Positions 29,674 through 45,856 of a stretch of DNA of 64,000 bases are shown here, one piece after another. Position 1 is the first letter of the stretch; each line of letters starts with the position of its first letter. The stretch lies in the NCBI RefSeq assembly GCF_009914755.1, contig NC_060929.1; one strand, written 5' to 3'. The translations under genes and the position numbers were made by a program. The notes under the pieces were generated by a model. It was not told the origin of the DNA, made no database searches, and saw only the letters and a list, made by a program, of their open reading frames with translations. This stretch comes from the human T2T-CHM13v2.0 reference genome, Homo sapiens.

Positions 29674-29757
29674 GCTTGGATGAGGCTTGACAGGTCAGTT
29701 AGGCCCCCAACTCCAGCAGCAGGTCCCCCAATGGCATTTGTCATCATTCCTGACATT
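29674..29757 (-). CDS. SGTB: SGTB exon (MSGMMTNAIGGPAAGVGGLTDLSSLIQ-A)
   Basis: ctctag| acceptor, GC|gtaagt donor; 84 nt, phase 2-2. Confidence 0.95.
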
Positions 29758-30002
29758 CTAGAGTACACAAGAAATACATCACTGGGATTGGTATATATTC
29801 TTAACAAATAGGACAACTGGACGAGGAAAAGTTAATAAAATACCCATGTTATACCAGAGGCTAGGCCAAATGTGTGTGGCTTTAAGCTCCAACTGACTGT
29901 CATTCAGAACAGTTTCATCATTTTTGAGCTGATGTGCTCAAATTAGGAGCCTGGCAAGTGGAAGGGTTGGGGAAGTGTAATAAGCTCTTTCTATATACTT
30001 AC

Positions 30003-30040
30003 AGCTGTTGAACTTGAGGGTTCTGCATTAAACTTGCCGC
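30003..30040 (-). CDS. SGTB: SGTB exon (AASLMQNPQVQQ-L)
   Basis: ttccag| acceptor, CT|gtaagt donor; 38 nt, phase 0 to 2. Confidence 0.94.
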
Positions 30041-31099
30041 CTGGAATTGAAAAACAGCACCTCCCATTAAAGGCAGTTAATATGTAGGGATCTTAGCAAA
30101 GATTTTTTTTTAGAAGAATGAAAGCTAAATCATGTATGCACTAACATTTTGTAGAGTTTCAGTGTGCTATGCAAAGTAAAGGGGAATGTAAAAAGAGAGA
30201 AGGTACTAGAAAAAGTGGCATTAAGAAGACATGGTGAGGATAAAGAGATTACAAACAACACTATAAACTGAGGATGTTGACAGCAGTTTACTTACTACTG
30301 CTATCAGACCAATTAAGCCAAAAGGAAAAATAGGAACTTTAAAAGTATGGTTAAGGGATCTCCTACACTTGAGAAGGTCCATTCCAAACGAGCTTTTAAG
30401 AGATGTGACTTTGCTCCATGGGGCCCAGCAATTTCAATCCTTCCCATGCTTACAGTGGCACAAGGAATTATATTTATGTGCACACATACTTTTAAAACAT
30501 TCTATTTTGAAAGCATCACATTTTTTCCCTCAAATTGGTAATGTCAACAATATTTATGTAAAATTTGAATTTAGTCTAAATCTTTGTAGACAATAGATTA
30601 TATTCACAGACTCTCTATGAGGTGTTGGGAAAAGCCACCACTTGCTTATATTACCAGAAAGATCACTGACTGATTCGTAAGTAATTCAAAACTTTCCTCA
30701 AGTCCCAGTCAGGATTGGTGCCTCTGAGCCAACCCATAAGTGCTAAAGGCATTACACAGGAAAAGCAGGATGTATGAGCTATAAACATGAAATGCTGTGT
30801 TTTGCAATCCCTTTAAACTAGTTCTGCAGCAGTAGTTCTTCCCCTTCTCCCACAATCTAGGACCTAGAGGAAATTTAGAACAGATCTATGCTTTTCCAGT
30901 CACTTTTCAGTAAGCAATCCTCCTGTCACTTTAAGTTCTATAAAATGACCTCCAGTTCAGCAATTAATGTCTCAGTGTAACAATCAAATACATAAAGCTT
31001 CATTTACAGGTAAAACTTCTCCCTTCCTAGCATGGGCCTGCTACAGACTGACCGGTTGTAGTAGAAAAGAGGCACCATTGACTGCTTTGTTTCCTATAG

Positions 31100-31406
31100 T
31101 AGCGGTCCCCAACCCCTGGGCCACAGACTGTTAGGAACCAGGCTGCACAGCAGCAGGTAAGCGGTGGGCGAGCAAGCATTACTGCCTGAGCTCCACCTCC
31201 TGTCAGATCAGCTGCAGCATTAGATTCTCATAGGAGCAAGAACCCTATTGTGAACTGCGCATGTGAAGGACCTAGGTTGAGTGCTCCTCAAGAGAATCTA
31301 ACGCTCCTCTCCCCATCCTGCCCCTACCCCCTACACCCGCTATGGTCCATGGAAAAACTGTCTTCCATGAAACCAGTCCCTGTTACAAAAAGGTTGGGGA
31401 CCGCTG
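31100..31406 (+). mobile_element. MER1(B)-like hAT-Charlie element
   Basis: TIRs tagcggtccccaacc / ggttggggaccgctg; perfect 8-bp TSD tcctatag at 31092-31099 and 31407-31414. Confidence 0.9.
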
Positions 31407-31418
31407 TCCTATAGGGCT

Positions 31419-31768
<350 letters not shown>

Positions 31769-33149
31769 TGATTAAGAGTTGTGGCCCTCCAGGTTGAGGG
31801 TTAAATGGAGGGAAAGGTGAAAGGAGCAGCAAAGTTCTTATTTGATGACTGGTATTATCTTACTAGTTTTGCATTGGTGCTTTTTGAGTTTGCAAGGTAT
31901 TCAAAAACTACTGTGGTTCTCTTATGGGGTACTTTCTCATGTTCTTCAGACACTTCTCCTTTCCCTAGGCCCCTGGAGATTTCTTACCTATTCTTTGAAA
32001 AGGGTAATTTACCCTCTGGATGGATGCTATGACTTTCCCTTCAGTCTTAGGTTCTTGGCAGTCCTCCAGAGATTCTCTGTGTTGGGATCCTGTCACACTT
32101 CCAGGAAAGCCTCTTGAACATATTCAGACACACTCTCTCACAATTGTGTGTGCTCACCTTGGTCCACAGGAAACACCTCTGCTCCACTCTCATCAGTACA
32201 GTAACTGCCCAAACCACACAGCTAATTCTGCCACTGGCTATCCAGTTGAACTATCAGGTAGAAAGTCTCTGTACCAGAAAAGCCCTTTCTCAGTGAGGGC
32301 TTGAGATGAGAGCAAGCCTCCCTAATTCCTTCATATAGGGAGCCCTAAAACTCTAATAGCTCTCTCCAAAAATCATGTTTTAATTTCCATCAACCTGGCC
32401 TTTTTTATGAGTCACAAAACATGTTTTTTATCCCCATCTTTTGCAACTCCTACATGGTGGTCTCACACCTTATTTTGGTACATAGCAGCTTGGAGCCTAA
32501 GCCAAATCTGAAACTAAAAGAATTCCATTTTTCACATCTTGTTACAATGCCATAACCTGAGTCCTAGAATGGGTAACCATTCTTAAAAAAAAAAATGAAG
32601 TCACAAGATCTACAAAACATGTATTTGCTAGCATGGTAAGAAGGCTGAAATTTGATAAGGGAAAAATAAAAACTACCAGTTGCTAAAAAGACTTATCTCA
32701 CTGGGAATGAGTCATCTGTGCATTTCAGTTCAACAGAAGATTTAATGGATGCAAGACACATTTTTTGAAGGAAACAAAAGATGAATAAAAACTGATTCCT
32801 GCCTTCCAAGGGCATATCATGGATAGAATAATTCTCATCCAAAGTATACAGTCACCCCAGGAGCTTGATATGCCCTGGTAACATCCTAAACCCACTAAAT
32901 CAAAGTTACCACATATTGGACCAGAGCGTGTATGTTCTCAAAAAGGCCCATACATTATTTTGTTGTTTTGTAAGAATAGAAGACAAACACATGAGATATC
33001 TATATCTATATCTATCTATCTATATCAAATAAACTCTAAAGATAGAAAACAAGGCAGACAATGCTGAGGGGCAAGCTAGGGAACCACAATGGCCAAATAC
33101 TCAAACTGCAGATGTTAGATATCTTCCTAGGACCACTTTTATGTAAGAG

Positions 33150-33342
33150 AGTAGTTTTTAACCTTTCATATATTGGCAGATTCCTGTGCCAATCTCATGA
33201 AAAATATGATGCTCTCCCTGGAAAAATGCACACATACACATGTACACAGATTTTTATATATAATTTTGGAAAAATCCATGAGCTTCCTAAAGTCCATCCA
33301 TGGCTTTCCCACAGGAGGTACATGGACACGTTAAGAACCCTG
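33150..33342. mobile_element. Old hAT-type MER element
   Basis: Degenerate TIRs agtagtttttaacc / gttaagaaccctg; family not determined. Confidence 0.45.
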
Positions 33343-34006
33343 CCATTCAGCCAGAGAGAAAGGCCAGGCCACCTACAAAGGGAAGCCCATCAGACTAACA
33401 GCAGATCTCTCAGCAGAAACCCTATAAGCCAGAAGAGATTGGGGGCCCATATTCAACATCCTTAAAAGAATTTCCAACCCAGAATTTCATATCTGGTCAA
33501 ACTAAGCTTCATAAGCAAAGGAGAAATAAGATCCTTTTCAGACAAGCAAATGCCGAGGGAATTCATTACTACCAGACCTGCCTTACAAGAGTTCCTGAAG
33601 GAAGCACTAAATATGGAAAGGAAAAATTGTTACCAGCCACTACAAAAACACACTGAAGTATACAGACCAGTGACACTGTGAAGCAACCACATAAGTTTGC
33701 AAAATAACCAGCTAGCATCATGATGACAGGATCAAATTTACACATAACAATACTAACCTTAAATGTAAATGGGCTAAATGCCCCAATTAAAAGACACAGA
33801 ATGGCAAACCAGATAAAAAAACAAGACCCATCAGTGAGCTGTATTCAAGAGACCCACTATACATACAAAGACACACATAGGCTCAAAATACAGGGATGAA
33901 GGAAAATTTACCAAGCAAATGGAAAACAGAAAAAAGCAGTGGTCGCAATCCTAGTTTCTGACAAAACAGACTCTAAACCAAAGAAGATCAAAAAAGACAA
34001 AGAAGG

Positions 34007-34088
34007 AAGCAGAGGTTGCAGTGAGCTGAAATTGCGCCACTGTACTCCAGCCTGGGTGACAGAGCAAGACTCTGTCTCAAGAGAAAAA
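34007..34088 (+). mobile_element. Severely 5'-truncated Alu inside the L1
   Basis: Perfect 16-bp TSD aaaaagacaaagaagg at 33991-34006 and 34089-34104. Confidence 0.9.
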
Positions 34089-35097
34089 AAAAAGACAAAG
34101 AAGGGCATTACATAATGGTAAAGGGTTCAATTCAACAAGAAGAGCTAACTACCTTAAATATATATGCACCCAATACAGGAACACCCAGATTCATAAAGCA
34201 AGTACTTCGAGAGCTTCAAAGAGACTAGACTCCCACACAATAATAGTGGGAGACTTTAACACTCTGCTGACAATAGTAGACAGATCATCAAGACAGAAAA
34301 CTAACAAAGATATTCAAACCTGACCTCAGCTCTGGATCAAGTGGACCTGATATCTACAGAACTCTCCACCCAAAAACAACAGAATATACGTTCTTCTCAT
34401 CACCACACGGCACTCAATTCACTCAAAACCACACAACTACATGGAAATTGAACAACCTGCTCCTGAATGACTTTTGGGTAAATAATAAAATTAAGGCAGA
34501 ACTTCTTGAATGAGAAGAATGAACTTCTTTGAATGAGAACAAAGATACAACATACCAGAATCTCAGACACAGCTAAAATTTCTTTCTTGTTAAGAAAGAA
34601 ATTTATAGCACTAAATGCCCAAATCAAAAAGCTAGAAAGATCTCCAGTTGACAACCTAATATCACAAATAAAAGAACTAGAGAAACAAGAGCAAACAAAC
34701 CCCGAAGCTAGCAGAAGACAAGAAATAACCAAGATCAGAGCTGAACTGAAGGAGATAGAGACACAGAAAACCCTTCAAAAAAAAAAAAATGAATACAGGA
34801 GCTAGTTTTTTGATAAAATTAATAAAATAGACCGCTAGCTATACTAATGAAGAAAAAAGAGAGAAGATTCAAACAAACACAATCAAAAATGATATTACCA
34901 CTGACCCCACAGAAATACAAACAACCATCAAAGAATAGTATAAACAGTCCTATGTGCATAAACTAGAAATTTTACTAATGAATTTCTAGAAGAACTTGAT
35001 AAATTCCTGGACACATACATCCTCCCAAGACTGAACCAGGAAGAAATTGAATCCCTGAATAAACCAATAATGAGTTCTGAAATTGAGGCACTAATAA

Positions 35098-35208
<111 letters not shown>

Positions 35209-35252
35209 TAAAAAATTGAAAAGGAGGATCTCCTCCCTAATTCATTCTATGA

Positions 35253-35369
<117 letters not shown>

Positions 35370-37102
35370 TGAATCCAAGCAGCACATCAAAAAGCTTACC
35401 CATCACAATCACGGAGGCTTCATCCCCAAGATGCAAGGCTGTTTCTACATATGCAAATCAATAAATGTGATTCATCTCATAAACAGAACTAAAGACAAAA
35501 ACCCCATGATTATCTCAATAGATGCTGAAGAGGCCTTCAAGAAAATTCAACATCCTTTCATATAAGAAACTCTTAATAAACTAGATATTGAAGGAACATA
35601 CCTCAAAATAATAAAAGCCATATATGACAAACCTACAGCCAATATCATACTGAATGGGCAAAAGCTGGAAGTGTTCCCCTTGAAAACCAGCACAAGACAA
35701 AATACCCTCTCTCATCACTCCTATTCAACAAATTAATAGTATTGGAAGTTTTGGCCAGGGAAATGAAGCACAATAAAGAAATAAAGCATATTCAAATAGG
35801 AAGAGAGGAAGTCAAATTATCCCTATATGCAGATGACAGGATCCTATATCTAGAAAACCCTATTGTCTCAGTCGAGAAGTTTATTAAGCTGATAAGCAAC
35901 TTCAGCACAGTCTCAGGATACAAAATCAATGTGCAAAAATTGCTAGCATTCCTACATACCAACAACAGGCAAGTCGAAAGTCAAATCACAAATGAACTCG
36001 CATTCACAATTGCCATAAAAAGAATAAAATATCTAGAAATACAGCTAACAGGCAAAGTGAAGGAACTCTTCAAGGAGAACTACAAACCACTGCTCAAGGA
36101 AATAAGAGAGAACAGAAACAAGTGGAAAAACACTCCATGCTCATGGATAGAAGAATCAAAATCGTGAAAATGGCCATATTGCCTAAAGCAATTTATAGAT
36201 TCAATGCTATTCCCATTAAACTACCATTGACATTCTTCACAGAATTAGAAAAAACTATTTTAAAATTCATATGGAACCAAAAAAGAGCCCAAACATCCAA
36301 GGCAATCCTAAACAAAAAGAACAAAGCTGAGGCATCATGCTACCCAATTTCAAACTGTACTACAGGGCTACAATAACCAAAACTGCATGGTACTGGTACA
36401 AGAACAGACACATAGACCAGTGGAACAGAACAGAGAACCCAGAAATAAGACTGCACACTCACAACCATCTGATCTTTGACAAACCTGGCAAAAGCAATGG
36501 GGAAAGGATTCCCTATTTAATAAGTGTTGCTGAGAGAATTGGCTAGCCATATGGAGAAAATTGAAACTGGACCCCTTCGTTATACCATATATATACAAAA
36601 ATCAACTCAAGATGGATTAAAGACTTAAATGTGCAACTCAAAACTATAAGAACTCTATAAACCGAGGCAATATCATTCAGGACATAGACACAGGCAAAGA
36701 TTTCATGATGAAGATGCCAAAAGCAATTGCAACAAAAGAAAAAATTGACAAATGGGATCTAATTAAACTAAAGAGTTTCTTTTCCACACCAAAAGAAACA
36801 ATCAACAGAGTAAACAGACAACCTACAGAATGGGAGAACATTTTTGCAATCTATCTATCTGACAAAGGTCTAATATCCTACATCTATAAGAACTTAAACA
36901 AATTTACAAGAAAAAAACAACCCCATTATAAAGTGGGCAAAGGAAATGAACAGACAATTCTCAAAAGAAGACATATATGTGGCCAACAAACATATGAAAA
37001 AACAGCTCAACATCATTGATCATTAGAGAAATGCAAATCAAAACCACAATGAGATACCATCTCACACAAGTCAGAACAACTATAATTAAAAACTCAAAAA
37101 CA

Positions 37103-37486
<384 letters not shown>

Positions 37487-38255
37487 TTAGTTCAACCATT
37501 GTGGAAGACAGTGTGGTGATTCCTCAAAGACCTAGAAGCAGAAATACCATTCGACCCAGCAATCCCATTACTGGGTATATACCCGAAGGAATAGAAATCT
37601 TTCTACTGTAAATACACATTCGTACGTATGTTCACTGCAGCACTATTCACAATAGCAAAGACATGGAATCAATGCAAATGCCTATCAATGATAGACTGGA
37701 TAAAGAAAATGCGGTACATATACACCATGGAATGCTATGCAGCCAAAACAAGAAATAAGATTATGTCCCTCGCAGGGACATGGATGGAGCTGGAGGCCAT
37801 TTTACCATTTTACTTAACAAACTAACACAGGAAAAGAAAACCAAATAACACATGTTCTCACTTACAAGTGGGAGCCAAATGATGAGAACACAATGACACA
37901 TGTAGGGGAACAACACACACTGGGGCCTGTTGGAGGGCAGAGGATGGGAGGAGAGGAAGGATCACGAAGAACAGCTAATAGATGCTGGGCTTAATACCTG
38001 GGTAATGGGAGGATCTGTGCAGCAAACTACCATGGCAGACGTTTTACCTATGTAACAAACCTGCACATCCTGCACATTTACCCCTGCACTTGAAATAAAA
38101 GTTGGAAATAAAAAAACAGAACCCTGCTATAGCCTTATATCAATACTCCACTACAACCACCACCACAAAAACTCACTTGTTTCTAAAAAAAATTGCATAG
38201 CTACATAGTCTATGGAAAACATAGCCAGTAGAGGCAGAAAAGAAAGTATACTCAC

Positions 38256-38318
38256 CATACTAATGAAGGCTGGATTATTTATCAAGCTAGCCATGTCAAA
38301 GCTCAGTCCAGTTCCTGT
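38256..38318 (-). CDS. SGTB: SGTB exon (TGTGLSFDMASLINNPAFISM)
   Basis: ttacag| acceptor, ATG|gtgagt donor; 63 nt; NNP motif typical of the SGT C-terminal domain. Confidence 0.95.
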
Positions 38319-38417
38319 CTGTAAAACAATTATATCTGAGAATCAGTCCAGTATCTACAATTACAATAAATTGTGAATGACAGAAAATACTTCACTCATT
38401 TGGCATTAACAACTTAC

Positions 38418-38556
38418 AGGACTGGATACCTCTCTTAACTTCTGTTCTGCTATTTTCAGATTTGACTTATAGGAATCATTTTCAGGGTCAAGATCTAATG
38501 CCTTTTGATAACTTGTAACTGCTTCTTCAAATTTATTCAAGGCAGTGAGGGCCAGC
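38418..38556 (-). CDS. SGTB: SGTB exon, third TPR ([46 protein letters not shown])
   Basis: cttcag| acceptor, CCT|gtaagt donor; 139 nt; TPR pattern A..Y.KAL.LDP.N. Confidence 0.96.
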
Positions 38557-39390
38557 CTGAAGGGAATAGAATATAAGAATATCAGATATATGATTAAAGA
38601 ACATCAGGACATCACAAACATTGTCAAACGTCTGTCTGTCTTGGTATTCAGTTCTAATCCAGATTACACTTAATTTATTCACTGTACTATGGCTCACAGG
38701 AGCAAAATTCCCTCCAACTTAAGATTCTATATATCTGAACTCACTCCATTCTGCTTGCTGATAACCTGGTTGTCCTATAGATCATGAATTTAATGCTTAG
38801 AGATTATCTTACTTACTCTACCATTTTTAAGCTTAATATGTAAAATAATTTGCTTTATAAATGCCTAGACTAAGTTCCAAAAGATGTGAGTTGACAATCA
38901 TGTGGTCACATAAATCCATGATGCTAACACCATTTTTAAGGACTCTAAACTGTATTTGTGCTTCAAAATGGCCTACATGCTTTCTTCTTCCTAACAGAGG
39001 AACAATTAATATCAATTTTCCATTAAGAAAACAGGCTGTAGTTATTAGATAACTATTCCTGATCAAAAGAGGTAGATAAAATTAGCATCCTTTACAATTC
39101 AAATAACAAATTATACCAGGCACAAGTCAAAGAGGTATTAAATTTTAATGTTCATATTTACCTAGTTATAATTTACTTATTGAAAAATTATTATAGAACT
39201 AAACAATAACTGTATATATGGTGACATAGTATTGGGGGTTTCTGTTTGTTTTAGGTTTGTTTTAAACAAATTACTGTTTTCTTTTCTCTTTTTCTCTTTA
39301 TCGGAACCTAATTCATTTTCTACCAGTCAACCATGTATGATACTTTATCAGAGTCCCCAGTTAATCAAGAGTCAAGTCAGTAACTATTTA

Positions 39391-39778
<388 letters not shown>

Positions 39779-40584
39779 TCATTCTACCTGGGGAAGACAG
39801 GCAACAAGCATGCAAATAAAAAGGGCAATATTAAAGGAATGAATAGGAGAGCTGCTCAAAAAGTAGCCACATTGGAAAGATCTGAGTGATGTAAAGAAAG
39901 CAGTCATGAAAATGAGGGAGGAGCATTGTAGTGGAAATAGCAGTAAACAGAAAGGTCCCAAGAAAGATGCAAGCTTGGTATTCTTAAGGAACAGGACAAG
40001 GGCTGATGAGGAGGGAACACAGAAAACAAAGCATGGAGAGATGATGTCAGAGAACAGTTGGGTGCCAGATGATAGAGGACCATTGCTTGGAGTTTGAACT
40101 TTATTCTGGTTGCAATGGAGTCACATGATACAATTTGTGCTTTTGAAAGCTCACTCTGGCTTCTACGTAGAGGATCTACATGGGCAGAAGGGTAGAATGG
40201 AGGCAGGGAGATCGGTTAGGAAGCTATTGCAGTAGCTTAGGTAAGAGATGTAGTTTGGACTAGGGCTATATGTAAGATAGCGATCAACACTTGGATTCAA
40301 GATATATACAGAAACTAGAATTGACAGGACTTGATGACAGAGTATCAGTACTTATGTCAGGCGTAATAACAATGAAGGATGACTCTTAGGCTTCTGACCT
40401 GTGCATGGGATAGATAACTAATTGTACAATGTATTGAGATTGGAAAGATTTTGGAAGGGAACATGAGTTCTGTCTGGGACATGTTAAGTTTAAATACCTA
40501 TTAAACATCCAAACATAGAGTTGAAGAGTAGTAGAATATATGAGTACGGAGTTCAAACATATAAATTAGATCCGATAATATATA

Positions 40585-41217
40585 TAGTTGATTCTTATTC
40601 ACAGTAGTCCTGTTCTATAAAGTCACCATGAACAATGAATTAGCAAATACTGAACAATTGTTCCTAGGGAAAATACAGAGTTAGGTTCCTGCAACTGTTG
40701 TAAATAGTCATATTTTCATCAACTGATCAATATATAATCTTGTTTTTATGTGTGTTTCTGATTAAAGAAACTTTATTTAATATATATATTTTATTCATTA
40801 GCATTGAACTCATAGCCAACGGCACTAACTCATGCCTGAATGAAGCTTGTCTCATAAATATATTTTCTCCATAAGGCACATTACAGTCCTCTTGCACTTA
40901 GGAATACTAGATAACACTTCAGCCTATAGTTGGGGGCCACTGTAAACAGCAAAATCACAAATAAAAGGCACAAAAATACAAAAAAAAATGTAGCACTAAA
41001 TAGACTGTTTCAGCATGAGAGCTGAAACAAAAAGATAGAGCATCACCTTATTCACCCTCAGTTGAGATCGAGAGCATCAGAAGACACATTTTCACTAATT
41101 GTGCATGTACATGAATGACCACAGAAGCAGTGTAAATATTGATTTGGGGATTACAAATTAATTTAGCAAGTAGGCAAATTCATAAATACAGAATCTGCAA
41201 ATAATGAGTATCAACTG
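40585..41217 (-). mobile_element. MER82-like TcMar-Tigger element
   Basis: TIRs tagttgattctt / gagtatcaactg with flanking TA dinucleotides. Confidence 0.75.
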
Positions 41218-41446
41218 TAGATGAATTTTAAAAGCATGGAGCAGGATAAACTGAGCAGAGAGAAGACAAAGAAACAGCAGCAGCAGAGGATGCAACCCTA
41301 AAATACAGCATTGTTTAGAGATGGTAGAGAGGAAGAACAAGCAAGGGAGACTGGAAAAGAGCATCCAGTAAAGTGGAAGGGGAAACAGGGCAAGTGTAGT
41401 GTCAGGATCCTAGAGAGTGATGTATTTTGACAATAAGTTAATAGTG

Positions 41447-42163
<717 letters not shown>

Positions 42164-42310
42164 TCAGTGAATGACTTTTTATGACCTGATCACATGCCAA
42201 CCATTATCATCTATTAGAGATGGAAGATCTAATGTTGTAGAAAATGAAGGGGATTGTAATAGTTGCAAAGTTGTGGAGAAGGTACAAGGGAATGGGATCT
42301 TAAAGCATGA

Positions 42311-42673
<363 letters not shown>

Positions 42674-43148
42674 TAGATACAAATGTAGGCAGACTGATGG
42701 ATTTGCAAGGAGGAAAATGAGTTGTTTTCCTTCAAAAAGCATCTAGCTTCTCAATTAAGTGTAAGGCAATAGCATCAGTTGAGAGTCACCAGAGAGGGGG
42801 TAGTGGAAATTTGAAGGGAGAGGAAGAGGTATGAAATCGTCACATCAGCGAGTGGAAAGGTGACTATAGAAGGAAAAATAATAGAACTGTCTGCCTAACT
42901 GTCTGCAATATTGAGTGCTCATCTGAGATTTGTGGTACGGTTATATAATTTTCTCCAACAATCAAATCAGTCATCAATCATCTCACTTCCTAGTCAAAGA
43001 AATTGTAGTCATTTCCTCCCTTATGTTTTATTTATCCTCTTATTAGTTCAGAGGGTAAAACATTAAGCAGGAAATTCAAAACCAAGCCATTAAGAACAGC
43101 ATACCTGATGCTACATGGTACTACTTGGAACATCCTCCCAGAACTTAC

Positions 43149-43253
43149 CCCATTCTCCCATAGGCCTTGCTGTACTTTGAATCAATTGCTATTGCTTTTT
43201 CACAATCCTTTATCGCATCTGTGTAGTGACCTAATTTGCTCTGAGCAGCAGCC
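43149..43253 (-). CDS. SGTB: SGTB exon, second TPR ([35 protein letters not shown])
   Basis: tcttag| acceptor, GG|gtaagt donor; 105 nt, phase 2-2. Confidence 0.96.
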
Positions 43254-44294
43254 CTAAGAGAAAGAAAACAGAATTTTATTAAAGGCAGTTTTCAAGGCAC
43301 TAATTTAGATTTTCAGGTACTAATAATACTACCTTTTTCTTGTTCCAATTTGTAGATCACTCCCACTAAATTTCTAAGTCAAACTGTCTAAGATAATTAT
43401 GTAATAAAATGAAAAAAAAAAGCTCAGAAACTTCTGTGCAGAAAAAAGTATGCAGGCTGCCTTTCACTGTTTGCTTTGCTATAGAAAGGACAAATATGTA
43501 AGTCATACAACTGGTCTACCTATTTATACCCTTTCTAGTTTGTCCAAACAGAAAAGTGAAAAAGCTAGGACATCTTGGCTACTATGGAGGCACAAAGAGT
43601 GAGTTATTGCTGTGAATGGCTACACAGAGGGTTGTGCTATTATCACTTTAATGGTAGGGTTAAACGACAAGTAAAAGTGATATCCCAGTCCCCTGGCACT
43701 TTCTCTCATTCACTCATTTCTAAGGCCAACTGTATTTTATTTCTTTCAGGCTCCCAGAAGTTCTCATAATCTTGTCCCTCATCAAAAGGTTGAAGAGCCA
43801 ACTTTGGAAAAAGAACACTTGCCTAGATCAAAATCCCTGCAGTTGTGAACTCTCCTCAATAACGTTTCCAAATAGGAAGAAATAGCTCAGAGGAGAAACA
43901 GGAAAGAAGAGAAGCTCTAAGACAGATGCTCAGAAGTCAAAGTGGGGTGCCAGCAACCAAGAAACAGAAGTTTCTTGGACCAAGGAGGGCCAGGGTGTGC
44001 TGACCACTTCTTCAATTTCTCACAACTGCAAAGGAGAATGCTATGCTGCACAGCACCTCTGCCTCCAACACTGTAACTCCAAGACCTGGTACCCTTTGCA
44101 TTAATAAAGGTAAAGAAGCACTCCCTGATAATTTTGCTTGCAAGCCCAGAAATGAACTTAGGCTCCTTCATGTTCTTCAGTCTACAGACAAGAGTCTCAC
44201 GCCAACCCAAGTCTCTGACCTCATGTTCCTCTCCCACTGCAATCTGAGAAGCACTACTCTTGTTTTTGCTACCTCTATTCTCTCTTTACCCACA

Positions 44295-44439
44295 TTTGTT
44301 TTTTTTTTTTTTCCTTTTTGTAGCAAACATGGTCTCGCTATATTGCCCAGGCAAGTCCTGAACTCCTGGGCTCATGCTATCCTCCCGCCTCTGCCTCCCT
44401 AAGAGCTGGGATTACAGGCATGAGCCACCGCACCTGGCC
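44295..44439 (-). pseudogene. BC200 (BCYRN1)-like retrocopy, Alu domain plus start of the A-rich domain
   Basis: Minus strand reads GGCCAGGTGCGG...CCCAGCTCTTAGGGAGGCAGAGGCGGGAGGATAGCATGAGCCCAGG...TGCCTGGGCAATATAGCGAGACC...AAAAAGG(A)14CAAA. Confidence 0.8.
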
Positions 44440-45505
44440 CCATATATGTTGTTTTAATTGTCCTTAAAAACAATCTTTTTGCTTAACCACCCAGTAAACC
44501 ATCTCTCTTCCTTGAAATTAGTCAAAGGTCATGTCTTTCAAGGACCTAGCTGGAATCTAATAAGCACACACGAAAACAATAAAGCTGATTAAAACACCAC
44601 CTAGCTCCAAGTATCAGTGAGGATCCTTGCTAATCCTCAATATTTCTTAAGTATGTTCTAATCTCCTCCTGTCAATCAAACTATAGATTAGGGTTATCTA
44701 ATACTACTTCTATATCACATCCAGCTTATTATTATACTCTACAAATACTGGATGTACATAGTAATAAATCAATTATTTGCTAGGTATCCATGAACAGATG
44801 TGTTATGTAAAACCAATCCTGGATAGAAGAAGCTAAAAGAAATACTGCCAATTCTGGAAGCTGAACCTGGGAATATAAACCTACTAAATTTTCACTAAAA
44901 ATTCAGCACATTTAGTGGGAAGAAAAGGAGAAGAAATAGGAGTTTAGTTCTAATTAACAGGAAGATGATGAGAAATTCCCATCATAGCCTGGTTTCCACA
45001 AAGCAGATTAACAACATGTGAGTCTGGATCACTGACTTTTCCCCATCCAATGTGAGGATTCCAGGTCAATAAGCATTCATTAAAGTTATGCTGTATAAGG
45101 AGCACAACCTTCCAGACAAGTACAGATCTTCCTTTTAGAGTAGCTTAACTCAGAGAAAATTTTAAGAGACCAACCTTGAAAAGTTTATATACTTCAATGG
45201 GTGACACATAGATACATACGTACTCAGAAAGGAGATTTCAAGAAAACTCATATTTATGCTTGGCCTTCTAAGCCACAGTGCTTTCAGGACAAAAACTTTG
45301 TGTCACAATAACAATAAGGGAGGAATGAGACATTGTCTCAGAGCAAGCTCCTTTTTCTACCACTATAGAAAGCTCTTGTCGACAGGTGATTTTAGTCCAT
45401 AGAGCCAGGAAGGTCCCTCAGAGGCCTCAGATGTTCTGGTCTATTCTGCCTGGTTGCTTGAAGGAGAACAGTTCAGAGAGAGAAGTAATGCAAGGAATTA
45501 ACTGA

Positions 45506-45856
<351 letters not shown>

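Noticed and set aside
33061-33465. 134-aa ATG ORF
   Set aside because: Chance read-through of a MER element into off-frame L1 sequence; no recognisable domain.
38319-38417. 99-nt phase-0 SGTB intron as a possible in-frame retained segment
   Set aside because: It reads GTA AGT TGT TAA, a stop at codon 4 with downstream junctions, so it would be an NMD target.
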